This document shows positions 45,727-56,483 of a DNA stretch of 64,000 bases, piece by piece. The stretch lies in assembly GCA_963677485.1 (NCBI GenBank), contig OY781964.1:2336001-2400000 (forward strand), written 5' to 3'. How positions within the stretch are numbered: position 1 is the stretch's first letter; the number at the start of each line of letters is the position of its first letter. Made by a program: the position numbers and the translations under genes. The notes under the pieces are model-generated. The model saw only the letters and a list, made by a program, of their open reading frames with translations. It was not told where the DNA came from and made no database searches. This DNA comes from Armatimonadota bacterium. GTDB lineage: Bacteria; Armatimonadota; HRBIN16.

Positions 45727-46896
45727 ATGAAAAAGATCATCACAAAACTGAAGGATCCGAGCAATCGCGACTGGATCCTGTTCAGTGCGATGACCTTCTG
45801 TTTCATGTTCGGATTCAGTAGCTATACCGGGATTTTTCAGAACTTTTTCAATACGAACATGCACGGTCAGCCCCAGCAATTGGGCATATTGGAGACCTTC
45901 CGTGAAATCCCTGGATTGCTGGCGGCACCGATCGCTGCCACGCTTGCCTTTCTGCATGCTCCTGTGCTGGCTGGGCTGACCTTACTGGGCAGCGGGATCG
46001 GCATATTGGCGACCGGCCATGTGAATGCGTTTTGGCAGCTTGTGCTGGTCAGCATCGGCTGGTCGGTGCCTATGCACCTGTGGTTTACCATATCGCCAGC
46101 GATTGTCATGAACCTGGCTCAAGGTAAAAATGGCGGCAAGCATCTGGGACGCAATAGCGGAATAGGCGCCGCCGCAGTCTTGAGCGCGCTGCTTCTCAGC
46201 CGCGTACTCAAACCTCATGTGACATATCAGTTCATGTTCACGCTGGCAGGTGTGATGATATCATCTGCTGGTCTGTTGGGTTTGCTACTCAGCAACAAGG
46301 CGGGTGTGGCCACCAAACCCAGGTTGTTCCTGCGGAAGCAGTATTGGCTATACTACGTTTTAAACTTCCTTGAGGGAAGCCGAAGGCAGACGTTTGGCGT
46401 ATTCAGCACCTTTGTGCTCATCAAGGTCTACCATATGACCGTAGAGAATATGCTGTTGTTGCTGCTGGTGAACAGTGCCATCACCATGTCATTTGCGCCC
46501 ATAGTGGGCCGGATTATCGATCGAATCGGCGAGAAACGTGTGTTGACCATCTATTACATACTCGGGGCGATCGTGTTCGCAGCATACGGATCAATCGGCA
46601 GCCGAGAGGTGCTGATCGGTCTATTCGTGCTGGATAACCTGCTGATGACGCACAGCATGGGCATCACCACATACATCACCAAAATTGCTGCGCCCAGTGA
46701 GCTGCGGCCGTCGCTGGCGATGGGGGTGAGCGTGAACCACATCAGCGCGGTCACCGTGCCGCTGATTGGCGGCTGGCTGTGGGCGCACTACAACAACTAC
46801 AGCATCCCGTTCTGGGTGGGCAGTTTTCTGGCCATTGTATCCCTCTATTTCGTGCAGCGTTTGCCGAGGGGTCTTGAGGCCGTCCGCTGCGAATAG
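45727..46896 (+). CDS. MFS transporter
   Basis: About 12 TM; REIPG, GRIIDRIGEKR; start ATG 45727 just after the HAD stop. Confidence 0.9.
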   Translation: MKKIITKLKDPSNRDWILFSAMTFCFMFGFSSYTGIFQNFFNTNMHGQPQQLGILETFREIPGLLAAPIAATLAFLHAPVLAGLTLLGSGIGILATGHVNAFWQLVLVSIGWSVPMHLWFTISPAIVMNLAQGKNGGKHLGRNSGIGAAAVLSALLLSRVLKPHVTYQFMFTLAGVMISSAGLLGLLLSNKAGVATKPRLFLRKQYWLYYVLNFLEGSRRQTFGVFSTFVLIKVYHMTVENMLLLLLVNSAITMSFAPIVGRIIDRIGEKRVLTIYYILGAIVFAAYGSIGSREVLIGLFVLDNLLMTHSMGITTYITKIAAPSELRPSLAMGVSVNHISAVTVPLIGGWLWAHYNNYSIPFWVGSFLAIVSLYFVQRLPRGLEAVRCE

Positions 46897-47175
46897 TTAT
46901 CCACAGATTTCGCAGATGGGAGATCGGGAGTGTCACGCGGAGACGCGGAGACGCGTACTAGGGGCGGTACCCTGTGTTTAATTTGGGAATGCCTTAACCG
47001 CGGATGAACGCAGATGGACACGGATGGGGAGGGCACCATACCGCGTGGCTGACTATTCGCATTCCGCAAGCGGGAGCAGGGGGCGTCCGGGAGGCGTCCG
47101 CTTCAGCGGACAGCCAACTGATTAGCGATGGGTGACAAGGCCTGCTTTAGCAGGTTGATGGAACCCGTCGCCGAT
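46897..47175. repeat. Mosaic cluster: 8-10-mer repeats plus a partial family B element (about 47040-47172)
   Basis: cacgcggagacgcggagacgcg; aaccgcggatgaacgcagatggacacggat; gtccgcttcagcggacagcc...gggtgacaaggcctgctttagcagg..gaacccgtcg. Confidence 0.82.
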
Positions 47176-47303
47176 GGCTGGGTAGTTACAAGGCTAACAG
47201 CCCTTCATCCAATCCGGTTAACCCTTATTGCGTATCAAGGATTCCCGCAGCCCGTTGGTGAATGTAGTACAAATCACGCCACCAAATCAGGGGGGTATCC
47301 AAC

Positions 47304-49973
47304 ATGCACAAATTCGTTCTCGTCGCCGCTCTGCTCGCGGCACAAATAACCGCCTTTGCTGCTCCAGATAACAGCGTCTTTTTCGACTTCAAAAAGCCCG
47401 AGGTTGTGGCCGAGTGGAAAGCCGCAAATGACATCTCGAAACTCACCCACACCCCGCAAGGGATGCTCGTGGTGCCGAGTGGTGCAGATCCGTATCTCCG
47501 AGGACCGATGCGGAAATACCCAGTCGGCTGGTCGGTACGCGCCACCGTGCGCCTCAACACGCCTATCGGCGGAAGCACGGAGCTGTTCTGGTTCACCCCC
47601 ACTAAAGGCACAGACGCCGCCAACATGGTGCAGATCAACACCTCGGCAGGCAAGGGAATTGAAGCCAGTGCCTGGATCACTTCTTTACCAGCCATCACCG
47701 GTATCCGTATCGATCCGCCCTGCAATAAGCCCGTCACCATAGAGTGGCTGCGGTTAACACCCATGGCTCCACTGCCCAAACTCACCTTGAAACCCTCAAA
47801 CTGGGCCAACTGGAATGTGGAAAAAAGTCTGACCAGCGGAGCTCTGAAGATGGAGATGGGCCAGCCAGCCCTTGGTAACTACAAGCTGAACTACCGCGGG
47901 AAAATGGTCGCTCAGGGATGGAACCGCCCGGCGATCAGTTGGGTGGACAAGAGCGGTGCTAACCGTCTGCTGAACATCGGCAGCAAGGCCACCATCAGCA
48001 GCTCTGCATCTGCCATCAAACTGACCAGCAAGACCACCGATCTCGAAGGTGCCACCTGGACCTATGTGCAGACATTCGCGACCGTGACTGGCCGTAGTGA
48101 ACTACTGAAGGTCAGCACCACGGTGAGCGTAAACCGCGACCGCAAGGTTCGGATGCTGCCTGCGATGGTGTTCTTCAGCCCCAAACGGGAGCGGGCACTC
48201 TTCCCCGGCCTGGAGTATCTTGATCCGAAGGATACCAGCAGCAGCAAAGCGGACATCGAAAGCCCTGGCTATCAGCGGCTGACGCCCGACCCGCTGCGTG
48301 TGACGGTACCGGTGATGGTGATGCAGGCCGACAACAAGTATGTGGCTATGGCGTATCAACCAAGCCCGAATACCCAACCGGTGTTTGACAGTCCCGACCG
48401 GCAGTTTGGATCTATAACCCACGTGATGGGGCTGCTGGTCAGCAACTTCATTAAAACGGAGCGTGATTCTGGACAACTGCTCAGCCGAATGCCGGATGAG
48501 ATCAAGGCCAACAAGCCCATCACCATCACGGCCTGGATGATGGCCGGTGACTCACCCGATGTGCTGACCGCCGTGCAGCGTTGGGTGCAGATCAATGGCT
48601 TGCCGAAAATACCCAACAGCGGATTCGACGTGAAGTCCTACTCGCGGTTGACCGCGCATTCCTGGCTGGACACCGATATCCGTGACGGCTTGAAATACAG
48701 ACACGCCACTTGGCCTGGCATGATTTGGCCAGCGAATAACGCCGTTGATGGCCCCATGATGCAGCTCTGGTTGGCCGACCAGGTGCAGGATGCCTACCTG
48801 GCAGACCGGTTGCGCAAGAACACAAAAGAGACAATGCAGCAGATCGCACCGGCTGACTACTGGTTCGCATCGGTGGGGCACATCCGAACCTATGCGGAGA
48901 CGCTGGTATTTGGTGACATCCCCCAAAACCAGGCCAAAGTTCATCAGGTGGGGCTGGATGCCATCAAGACTTTCGAGCCCAACGGCACATTAATATATAG
49001 GAAACCCGCTGGCAAAGACGATCTAGCACGCACCCAATGGGAGCGTCACGCCAACGGCTTCGCCAGCCGACCGATCCAATATCTCTACACGCAGGCAATG
49101 TACACCGGTGACCGCAAGATGCTGGCCGAAGCGGTTCGATTGACCGACGCCCTCGACCGCTATGACTACTCCGCTCCGCGCGGTGCACAGACCTGGGAGA
49201 TGCCTCTGCATTGCCCGGACATCATGGGCAGCGCGCAAATGGTGGAGTGCTATCTGAGTGCCTATAAAGTCACTGCCGACAAGAAGTATCTCGAAAGGGC
49301 CATCCGATGGGCATGGAGCGGCGTGCCATTCCTCTACCTCATACCCCCCACCGACAAACCCATCGGGCTGTACGCCAGCGTGGGCGTCTGGGGTGCCACG
49401 CAGTGGATATCACCCGACTGGATGGGTCGGCCAGTGCAATGGTGCGGCATGATGTATGCCGAAGCCATGCGTAAACTGGCTCAGGTTGACCCCAAGGGAC
49501 CCTGGGATCAGATATGGCGCGGTGTGACCACCAGTGCCATCCAGCAGGGCATCACGCCCGAATATGATCCCAAACTGCAGGGGCTGTTCCCCGATTCCGT
49601 GGATCTGAGAATGCAGACACCGTTCCCCGTGGCCATCAACCCGGGCACGGTTCAGAGCCAAGCCGCACCCATGTATACCGGAGTGCCATTGGGCGACAAT
49701 GTCTACATCCGCGAGCGGAGCTGGTCAGTGTTCGCACCCGGCAAAATCAACAAGCCGCGCGTCTCACCTGACTCCATCACCATCCAAGTCGACCTTTGGC
49801 ATGAAGGCACCGTGCTGGTGACGAGTGTCAACAAAGCGGTCACGGTGTTACTTGATGGCAATCTTGTGGAAGGTTCCTACAATCGCTCCAAAAACTATGC
49901 TGGTGATACCGGCAACTGTCTGATCCCTGTCGGCAAAGGGCAGCACACCATAGAACTCTCAGGAGGCCGGTAG
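47304..49973 (+). CDS. Large secreted hypothetical protein: CBM-like N-terminus plus probable (alpha/alpha)-barrel glycan-active domain
   Basis: 889 aa; signal peptide; YKVTADKKYLERAIRWA helix-barrel motif; first gene of the operon with the four paralogs. Confidence 0.55.
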   Translation: MHKFVLVAALLAAQITAFAAPDNSVFFDFKKPEVVAEWKAANDISKLTHTPQGMLVVPSGADPYLRGPMRKYPVGWSVRATVRLNTPIGGSTELFWFTPTKGTDAANMVQINTSAGKGIEASAWITSLPAITGIRIDPPCNKPVTIEWLRLTPMAPLPKLTLKPSNWANWNVEKSLTSGALKMEMGQPALGNYKLNYRGKMVAQGWNRPAISWVDKSGANRLLNIGSKATISSSASAIKLTSKTTDLEGATWTYVQTFATVTGRSELLKVSTTVSVNRDRKVRMLPAMVFFSPKRERALFPGLEYLDPKDTSSSKADIESPGYQRLTPDPLRVTVPVMVMQADNKYVAMAYQPSPNTQPVFDSPDRQFGSITHVMGLLVSNFIKTERDSGQLLSRMPDEIKANKPITITAWMMAGDSPDVLTAVQRWVQINGLPKIPNSGFDVKSYSRLTAHSWLDTDIRDGLKYRHATWPGMIWPANNAVDGPMMQLWLADQVQDAYLADRLRKNTKETMQQIAPADYWFASVGHIRTYAETLVFGDIPQNQAKVHQVGLDAIKTFEPNGTLIYRKPAGKDDLARTQWERHANGFASRPIQYLYTQAMYTGDRKMLAEAVRLTDALDRYDYSAPRGAQTWEMPLHCPDIMGSAQMVECYLSAYKVTADKKYLERAIRWAWSGVPFLYLIPPTDKPIGLYASVGVWGATQWISPDWMGRPVQWCGMMYAEAMRKLAQVDPKGPWDQIWRGVTTSAIQQGITPEYDPKLQGLFPDSVDLRMQTPFPVAINPGTVQSQAAPMYTGVPLGDNVYIRERSWSVFAPGKINKPRVSPDSITIQVDLWHEGTVLVTSVNKAVTVLLDGNLVEGSYNRSKNYAGDTGNCLIPVGKGQHTIELSGGR

Positions 49974-49977
49974 GCAT

Positions 49978-52155
49978 ATGAGCCTACTACGACAAGTGGT
50001 CCTTGCCGCCTGCATTTCATTAAGCAGCTGGCAAGCTGTCTCGGCAGCCCCTGTGAAGATCAGCATCGCGGTTGATAAAGCGACCATCGGCATGGGGCAG
50101 TGCGTGCAGCTCACTGCCTCAGCGAAGACCGCGGATTGCAAACCCGCCGTCGGCTGGACTCTGCTGCCCTACGTCAACGGCCAGCGATGGGGCGCGCACG
50201 AGATCGCCGATGCGAAGGGCAAAGCCGCCTTCCAGATCCCGCTGCCGAGAGTCGGCATCCAGCAGATCACGGTAGGTGCGGTGCAGCAGCTTGACGACAC
50301 CGCGCACTGGATATGGGCGCAGCGTTCGGTAGAAAACCAGATCATCAGCGCGTCGCGCAGCTATGAGCTACCCTGGCAGCCCACCAAAGCGGTGCTCTGG
50401 GCCGCCGCCGACAATCAGGCCACCATGACGATCAACGGTAAACCCGCCGGAATTTTCACGGGCTGGACTGATGCTAAGGCCACAACGCTTGATCCGAAGC
50501 TGTTCCAAACGGGCTCCAACAAGTTCGAAGCTCGGGTGGAGAACTCCAACGGCCCAGGCGGCTTCATCATGCGACTGGAGCTGAGCAACGGACAGAAGCT
50601 GCTGACGCTGGTCACCGACGGTAGTTGGATGTACACCGAGGGTAGTTCATACCCCGCCGCGGTCAAAGACCTAGGCGCGGCTCATTCCGCCATCTGGACC
50701 ATGCCGGGGTGGCCCAACGCCAACCTCAGGCAGCAGCTCTACACTGCCGCCGTGTGCCCGAAGGAGATGCCCCTTAGCAACATGGTGGCCGTTCAAGTCG
50801 ACCGACGGAAGCTGCAGGCACCGCCTAAGGATCCCGACCACCTGGTCATCATGCAGTGGGAAAACTGGTATGGCCCCACCATGTATAACTGGCAAACATC
50901 GCACGCGGTGCCCTTGATGGGCTTCTATCAAACCGCAGACGAGAACGTGCTGCGCCAGCAGATTATCTGGATGATCGAGGCCGGCACGGATATCATCCAG
51001 TGCGACATGAGCAACAACATCTGGGACGCTAAAACCTGGGATGAGCGCAGCGGAATGTCCGACAACCTCATCTTTGTGAACGGCCTGATGATGGAGACCC
51101 TGGCAAAGATGCGTGAGGAAGGCATCGATGTGCCGAAATTTATCGCCCTTTCCGGCGTGAACAACACCCCGAACGCCTTGACGGTCATCAATGGCCAGCT
51201 CAACCACCTGTATCAAAGCTATATCAATAACAGCCGTTTCAGCGATCTCTGGTACCGCTACGAGGGCAAGCCGCTGATAGTGATTCTAGACCCGCCCAGC
51301 TTTCTGAAAGACAAACTCGACAAGACCGATCAGCGTTGGACAATCCGGCCATGCAACGTGCATATGGAGAAGTTCAGTTGGCAGCGAGACATCGGCTACT
51401 GGAGCTGGATGGACACCGACGCCACCCTGATCCGAAACAGCAAGGGCGAAGCGGAACAGATCACTGCCTCCATCGGTTGCTTCACCGAAAAGGGCTGGAA
51501 GGATCCGCTCACCCGCGGACGACGCGGCGGAGCCACGCTGGTTGAGGACTGGGCTCTGGTGATGAAGGAGCGTCCGCGCTTTGTGAACATCCACCAGTTC
51601 CAGGAGTTTGCCGGGCAGATAGAGGGCGAGGGCTCCGGTGGCAATCCCGAGATGTATGTCGATAGCTACAGCGTAGATCTGAGCGATGACCTTGAGCCTG
51701 CATCGCTGACCGCACCTGGGTATCGGGGCAACGGCGGCTGGGGTTACTTCTACTTGAACCTTAATAAAGCGCTGGTCGACCTGTATAGGCAGAAGACCCC
51801 GCAAACCACTGTGATGGTCATCGCCAAACCCGACCGTCGCCACGAAGTTTCCGGTAACAGCATGGAGCTTCAGTGGCGCAGCGTCGGCAAGCCAATCGCC
51901 AAAGGAGTGACGGTCGCCATTGACGGTAAAGTGGTCGTAACTGGCCTCAAGCAGCAGAACGGCCCACTGGATATCAGCAAGCTGAGCGCAGGACTGCACA
52001 CCCTCACGCTCACTGCGCCTGGGACGAGACAGCGGCACCGACTGTCCTGGACTGACGACAGCCTGCCACTGCAGAAGCTGGAACCATCGACCGTGACCAT
52101 GGAGTTCATCAAATCAGCCGCCGCACCTAAGGAGAAAGCGCCTAATGCTCGCTAA
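49978..52155 (+). CDS. Secreted multidomain GH99/GH71-like protein, paralog 1
   Basis: Signal peptide, Ig-like segment, jelly-roll (AADN), PLMGFY..DENVLRQ, YEGKPL, HQFQEF, C-terminal beta domain. Confidence 0.6.
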   Translation: MSLLRQVVLAACISLSSWQAVSAAPVKISIAVDKATIGMGQCVQLTASAKTADCKPAVGWTLLPYVNGQRWGAHEIADAKGKAAFQIPLPRVGIQQITVGAVQQLDDTAHWIWAQRSVENQIISASRSYELPWQPTKAVLWAAADNQATMTINGKPAGIFTGWTDAKATTLDPKLFQTGSNKFEARVENSNGPGGFIMRLELSNGQKLLTLVTDGSWMYTEGSSYPAAVKDLGAAHSAIWTMPGWPNANLRQQLYTAAVCPKEMPLSNMVAVQVDRRKLQAPPKDPDHLVIMQWENWYGPTMYNWQTSHAVPLMGFYQTADENVLRQQIIWMIEAGTDIIQCDMSNNIWDAKTWDERSGMSDNLIFVNGLMMETLAKMREEGIDVPKFIALSGVNNTPNALTVINGQLNHLYQSYINNSRFSDLWYRYEGKPLIVILDPPSFLKDKLDKTDQRWTIRPCNVHMEKFSWQRDIGYWSWMDTDATLIRNSKGEAEQITASIGCFTEKGWKDPLTRGRRGGATLVEDWALVMKERPRFVNIHQFQEFAGQIEGEGSGGNPEMYVDSYSVDLSDDLEPASLTAPGYRGNGGWGYFYLNLNKALVDLYRQKTPQTTVMVIAKPDRRHEVSGNSMELQWRSVGKPIAKGVTVAIDGKVVVTGLKQQNGPLDISKLSAGLHTLTLTAPGTRQRHRLSWTDDSLPLQKLEPSTVTMEFIKSAAAPKEKAPNAR

Positions 52156-54319
52156 AGGTGTGTGTGCTGTGATGACGGCCACCATTGCGATATCCGCCAT
52201 GGCTCAGGCACAGAATCCGGTCATTAAAATATCGGTCAACAAGAAGACGGTGGGCATGGGCCTGCCCATCGAGTTGAAAGCCACAGCCACACTGCCAAAT
52301 GGTAAACCGGCCGTCGGCTGGATGATCTTGCCCTACGTCAACGGCCAACGCTGGGGAGCTCATGATTACGCCGATGCGAACGGCAAGGCCGTCTTCCAGA
52401 TACCACTACCCCGTGTGGGCAAGCAGCTCATCACTGCTAGCGCGATGAGCGCTGCAGAGGACCCCTCACATTGGATATGGGCTGATGTCGCTGCGGATGA
52501 GCAGAACGTCACACTACGCCACACCTTTAGCATCAAAGGCAAGCCGCTGAGTGCCCAACTCTGGGTCGCTGTGGATAATGACGGCATCACCAAAATCAAC
52601 GGCAAGCCCGTCGGTGATACAAGTGGCTTTTACGGCAACCGGCTTCTGCGTGTGCCATCCGGCGTGCTGGTAAGCGGAGAGAACAAAATCGAAGTGGTCG
52701 CTCATAACGCCTCCGGTCCGGCTGGCTATCTGCTGCGCATGGAAGTGAAGTCCGACGCAGGCAAGCAGCTTGTTGTATCGGATAAAAGTTGGACTGTGCA
52801 ACAAGGGGATACCTCACCTGTCGCGGTCAGGGACCTGGGGCCTGCTAACCTCTGCCAATGGAGCATGGATCAGTGGCCTACCACCCCCAGCAAGGCGCCG
52901 ATGTTCACAGGTTCTGTCATCAGCCCCGACATGCCCGTGTCCAACCAACTAGTAGTTGATGTGCAGCGTCGCAACCTGCAAGCACCTCCAAAAGACCCGA
53001 AACATTTGGTGGTGACGCAGTGGGAGTGCTGGTACAGCCCCACCATCTACAGTTGGGGTACCGCACAAGCCGTTCCGCTCATGGGCTTCTACCGCACCAG
53101 CGATGAGAACGTGATGCGGCAGCACATCATATGGATGATAGAGGCCGGCATCGACATCATCCAGTGCGATATGAGCAACAACATCTGGAATGCCCAGGAT
53201 TGGGATGACCGATCCGGTGGAACGAATGAACTGCTGTTTCTAAACCAGCTCATGATGGAAACTTTGTCTAAAATGAAGGATGAGGGCATCAACGTGCCTA
53301 AGTTCATGATCTTGTCAGGTGCCAACACAACAGTGAACGGCCTTAAGGTCATAAACCAGCAGCTCAATGCGCTATATCAGCTTTACGTTCAAAACCCGCG
53401 ATGGGGTGATCTCTACTACAAACTGGACGGCAAGCCGGTTGTTCTGATGCTCGACCTTACGGGTACGTTCTACGCCGATCGTGCGAAGATTGATAACCGC
53501 TGGAACCTCAGGATCGCCAGTGTCAACATGGAGACCAACGTCGACCAACGCAACAAGGGATTCTGGAGCTGGATGGATAACGGGGCCACCAGTGTGCCTG
53601 GACCAGACGGCAAGCCAGAAGCCATAACTGCTTCGGTCGGTTGCTTCAACAGCGGCGGATGGCTCGATCCGGGCAGCCATGGCCGACGGGGTGGGGCTAC
53701 GTTCGTTGAAGACTGGCAGTCGGTGATGAAAGACAAACCGCAGCATATCTTCATCCACCAGTTTCAGGAGTTTGCTGGTCAGCCGGAGGGTCAGGGCTAC
53801 GGTGACAAACACGATCTCTACCAAGATAGCTACAGCGTGGACCTCAGCGACGACCTGGAGCCGGTCTCCCTCACCACTCCCGCCTACCGAGGTAAGGGTG
53901 GCTGGGGATACTTCTACCTGAACTTGACCAAGGCTTTAGTGGATATGGTGCAGCAAAAGAGGCTGGATACTACCGTGCTGGTGGTGGCGAAACCCGACCG
54001 TCGGCACGAAGTTTCCGGTAACAGCATGGAGCTTCAGTGGCGCAGTGTAGGCAAGCCTCTAGCGCAGGGTGTGACGGTCTCCATCGATGGCAAGTTGGTG
54101 AAGACGGGCCTCAAGCAGCAATCTGCTAACCTGGACATCAGCAAGCTGAACGCAGGCCTGCACACCATCACGCTCACCGCGCCAGGTGCCATGCAGCGCT
54201 ACCGGCTGCTATGGAATGATGACAGCCTGCCGCTGCAGAAACTGGAGCCCTCGACGGTTACTATGGAGTTCATCAAAACTTCAGCAGCACCTAAGGAGAA
54301 AGCACCCAATGCTCGCTAA
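52145..54319 (+). CDS. Secreted multidomain GH99/GH71-like protein, paralog 2
   Basis: Colinear with paralog 1; 11-nt overlap and AAGGAG RBS inside the upstream gene. Confidence 0.6.
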   Translation: MLAKGVCAVMTATIAISAMAQAQNPVIKISVNKKTVGMGLPIELKATATLPNGKPAVGWMILPYVNGQRWGAHDYADANGKAVFQIPLPRVGKQLITASAMSAAEDPSHWIWADVAADEQNVTLRHTFSIKGKPLSAQLWVAVDNDGITKINGKPVGDTSGFYGNRLLRVPSGVLVSGENKIEVVAHNASGPAGYLLRMEVKSDAGKQLVVSDKSWTVQQGDTSPVAVRDLGPANLCQWSMDQWPTTPSKAPMFTGSVISPDMPVSNQLVVDVQRRNLQAPPKDPKHLVVTQWECWYSPTIYSWGTAQAVPLMGFYRTSDENVMRQHIIWMIEAGIDIIQCDMSNNIWNAQDWDDRSGGTNELLFLNQLMMETLSKMKDEGINVPKFMILSGANTTVNGLKVINQQLNALYQLYVQNPRWGDLYYKLDGKPVVLMLDLTGTFYADRAKIDNRWNLRIASVNMETNVDQRNKGFWSWMDNGATSVPGPDGKPEAITASVGCFNSGGWLDPGSHGRRGGATFVEDWQSVMKDKPQHIFIHQFQEFAGQPEGQGYGDKHDLYQDSYSVDLSDDLEPVSLTTPAYRGKGGWGYFYLNLTKALVDMVQQKRLDTTVLVVAKPDRRHEVSGNSMELQWRSVGKPLAQGVTVSIDGKLVKTGLKQQSANLDISKLNAGLHTITLTAPGAMQRYRLLWNDDSLPLQKLEPSTVTMEFIKTSAAPKEKAPNAR

Positions 54320-56483
54320 AGGAGTTTGTGCCATGATGATGGCCAGCATCGCGGTATCGGCTTTGGCCAATGCGCAACAACCATCGGTCAAGATAGCGGT
54401 GAATAAGCGCAGCACTGGGATGGGCCAGGGCATCGAACTATACGCGAAAGCCACCTTGCCGGATGGTAAGCCCGCTGTGGGTTGGACCATCCTGCCCTAT
54501 GTGAACGGTCAGCGATGGGGTGCGCACGAGATTGCCGACAAAGCGGGTAAGGCGGTATTCCAGATACCGCTGCCGAGGGTAGGCCAGCAGATAGTGACCG
54601 CCAGTGTGCTGCCCAGCGTGAAGGACGTTTCGCAATGGATATGGGCATTCACCACATCAGATCAGCAAGTGCTCACCCTGCGACGAAGCTTCCAGATCAA
54701 GGGCAAGCCGACGGGTGCACAGATATGGCTGGCGGTCGATGACATCGCCAAGCTCAGTATCAACGGCAAACCTGTGGGCGACTGGGCTGGCTGGCTGGGC
54801 GACAAGATGAAGCGCGTGCCTGCGGGCATCCTGGTGAGCGGCGAGAACAAGATCGAAGCCACCGCCACCAACGGCAGCGGCCCGGCTGGCTTCCTATTCC
54901 GCATGGAGGTGGCGACCGACCTGGGCACCGTCTCTGTCGGTTCAGACAGCTCCTGGACCGCGCAACAGGAGGGTAAACCCATCGAACCGGTGGAAGAAAC
55001 CGGTGCGCCAAAAGTGGTGCAGCCCGCACTCGACCAATGGCCCATCGATGCGCATCTGGCCCAGATGTATACCAGCACGGTAATGGCACCCGACCAGCCG
55101 GTGTCCAACCAGATCATTGTGGATGTAAAGTTTCGCAAACTCCAAGCACCGCCAAAAAACCCAAAGAGCCTGGTGGTGATGCAGTATGAGGAGTGGTTCA
55201 GTCCTACCATCTACAACTGGGGCACGGCTCAGGCGGTGCCTTTGATGGGCTTCTACCGATGCTCCGACGAGAATGTGCTGCGCCAGCACATCATCTGGAT
55301 GATCGAGGCGGGCACGGACATCATCCAATGCGATATGAGCAACAATATCTGGTTCACCGATGATTGGAACAACGTGAGCGGTATCGTGCGTGAGCTGTTG
55401 TTCATCAACGAGCTCATGATGGAGACGCTGGCAAAGATGCGGGATGAGGGCATCGACGTGCCCAAGTTCATGATTTTGTCTGGCGTAAGCTGGACTCCGA
55501 ACGGCCTGCAGGTGGTCAACCATCAGCTCAACGCGCTGTATCAACTCTATATCAACAACCCACGGTATGGCGACATCTACTACAAGCTGGACGGAAAGCC
55601 CGTGGTGCTGTTGCTCGATCTACCTGGCAGGTTCCACCCGCAGCTGAAGGATATCGATAACCGCTGGAATATCCGCTTCGCCAGCGTGAACATGGAGACA
55701 AATGTAGAGCAGCGCGAGAAGGGCTTTTGGAGCTGGATGGATAATGAAGCCACCAGCGTGCCAGGCCCCGACGGCAAACCGGAGTCGATCACCGCATCAG
55801 TCGGCTGCTTCAACGGCGGTGGATGGAAGGACCCCGGGAGCCGCGGACGCCGAGGCGGAGCCACACTGGTGGAAGACTGGCAGGCGGTGCTGCGCGACAG
55901 GCCGAAGCATGTTTTCATCCACCAGTTCCAGGAGTTCGCCGGTCAGCTTGAGAGCCAGGGACGCGGCCCTAACCGCGACATCTTCGGCGACAGCTACAGC
56001 GTAGACCTGAGCGATGACATAGAACCCACCTCGCTCACAAAAACCGCCTACCGCGGTAACGGTGGCTGGGGATACTTCTACCTAAACCTGAACAAGGCAC
56101 TAATGGACATGCTCCGCCAAAAAACGCCTGAAACCACCGTGCTGGTGGTGGCAAAGCCAGACCGCCGTCACGAGGTCTCCGGCAACAGCATGGAGCTCCA
56201 GTGGCGCAGCGTGGGTAAGTCGCTGGCCGATGGTGTGACAGTGGTCTTAGATGGCAAAGTGGTGAAGTCAGGCCTCATGGAGCAGTCCACCATCCTGGAT
56301 ATCAGCAAGCTGAAGCCAGGTCTGCACACCATCACGCTGACGGCTCCCGGGGCAATGCAGCGGTACCGGCTATCGTGGACAGACGACAGCCTGCCTCTAA
56401 GCAGCCTGGAGCCATCAACGGTCATAATGGAATTCATCAAAACGCAACCCGGACTAAAGGAGAAATCAACGAATGCTCAATAA
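54309..56483 (+). CDS. Secreted multidomain GH99/GH71-like protein, paralog 3
   Basis: True start ATG 54309 (MLAKGVCA) by homology and RBS; the ORF-track start 54186 is an over-extension. Confidence 0.6.
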   Translation: MLAKGVCAMMMASIAVSALANAQQPSVKIAVNKRSTGMGQGIELYAKATLPDGKPAVGWTILPYVNGQRWGAHEIADKAGKAVFQIPLPRVGQQIVTASVLPSVKDVSQWIWAFTTSDQQVLTLRRSFQIKGKPTGAQIWLAVDDIAKLSINGKPVGDWAGWLGDKMKRVPAGILVSGENKIEATATNGSGPAGFLFRMEVATDLGTVSVGSDSSWTAQQEGKPIEPVEETGAPKVVQPALDQWPIDAHLAQMYTSTVMAPDQPVSNQIIVDVKFRKLQAPPKNPKSLVVMQYEEWFSPTIYNWGTAQAVPLMGFYRCSDENVLRQHIIWMIEAGTDIIQCDMSNNIWFTDDWNNVSGIVRELLFINELMMETLAKMRDEGIDVPKFMILSGVSWTPNGLQVVNHQLNALYQLYINNPRYGDIYYKLDGKPVVLLLDLPGRFHPQLKDIDNRWNIRFASVNMETNVEQREKGFWSWMDNEATSVPGPDGKPESITASVGCFNGGGWKDPGSRGRRGGATLVEDWQAVLRDRPKHVFIHQFQEFAGQLESQGRGPNRDIFGDSYSVDLSDDIEPTSLTKTAYRGNGGWGYFYLNLNKALMDMLRQKTPETTVLVVAKPDRRHEVSGNSMELQWRSVGKSLADGVTVVLDGKVVKSGLMEQSTILDISKLKPGLHTITLTAPGAMQRYRLSWTDDSLPLSSLEPSTVIMEFIKTQPGLKEKSTNAQ

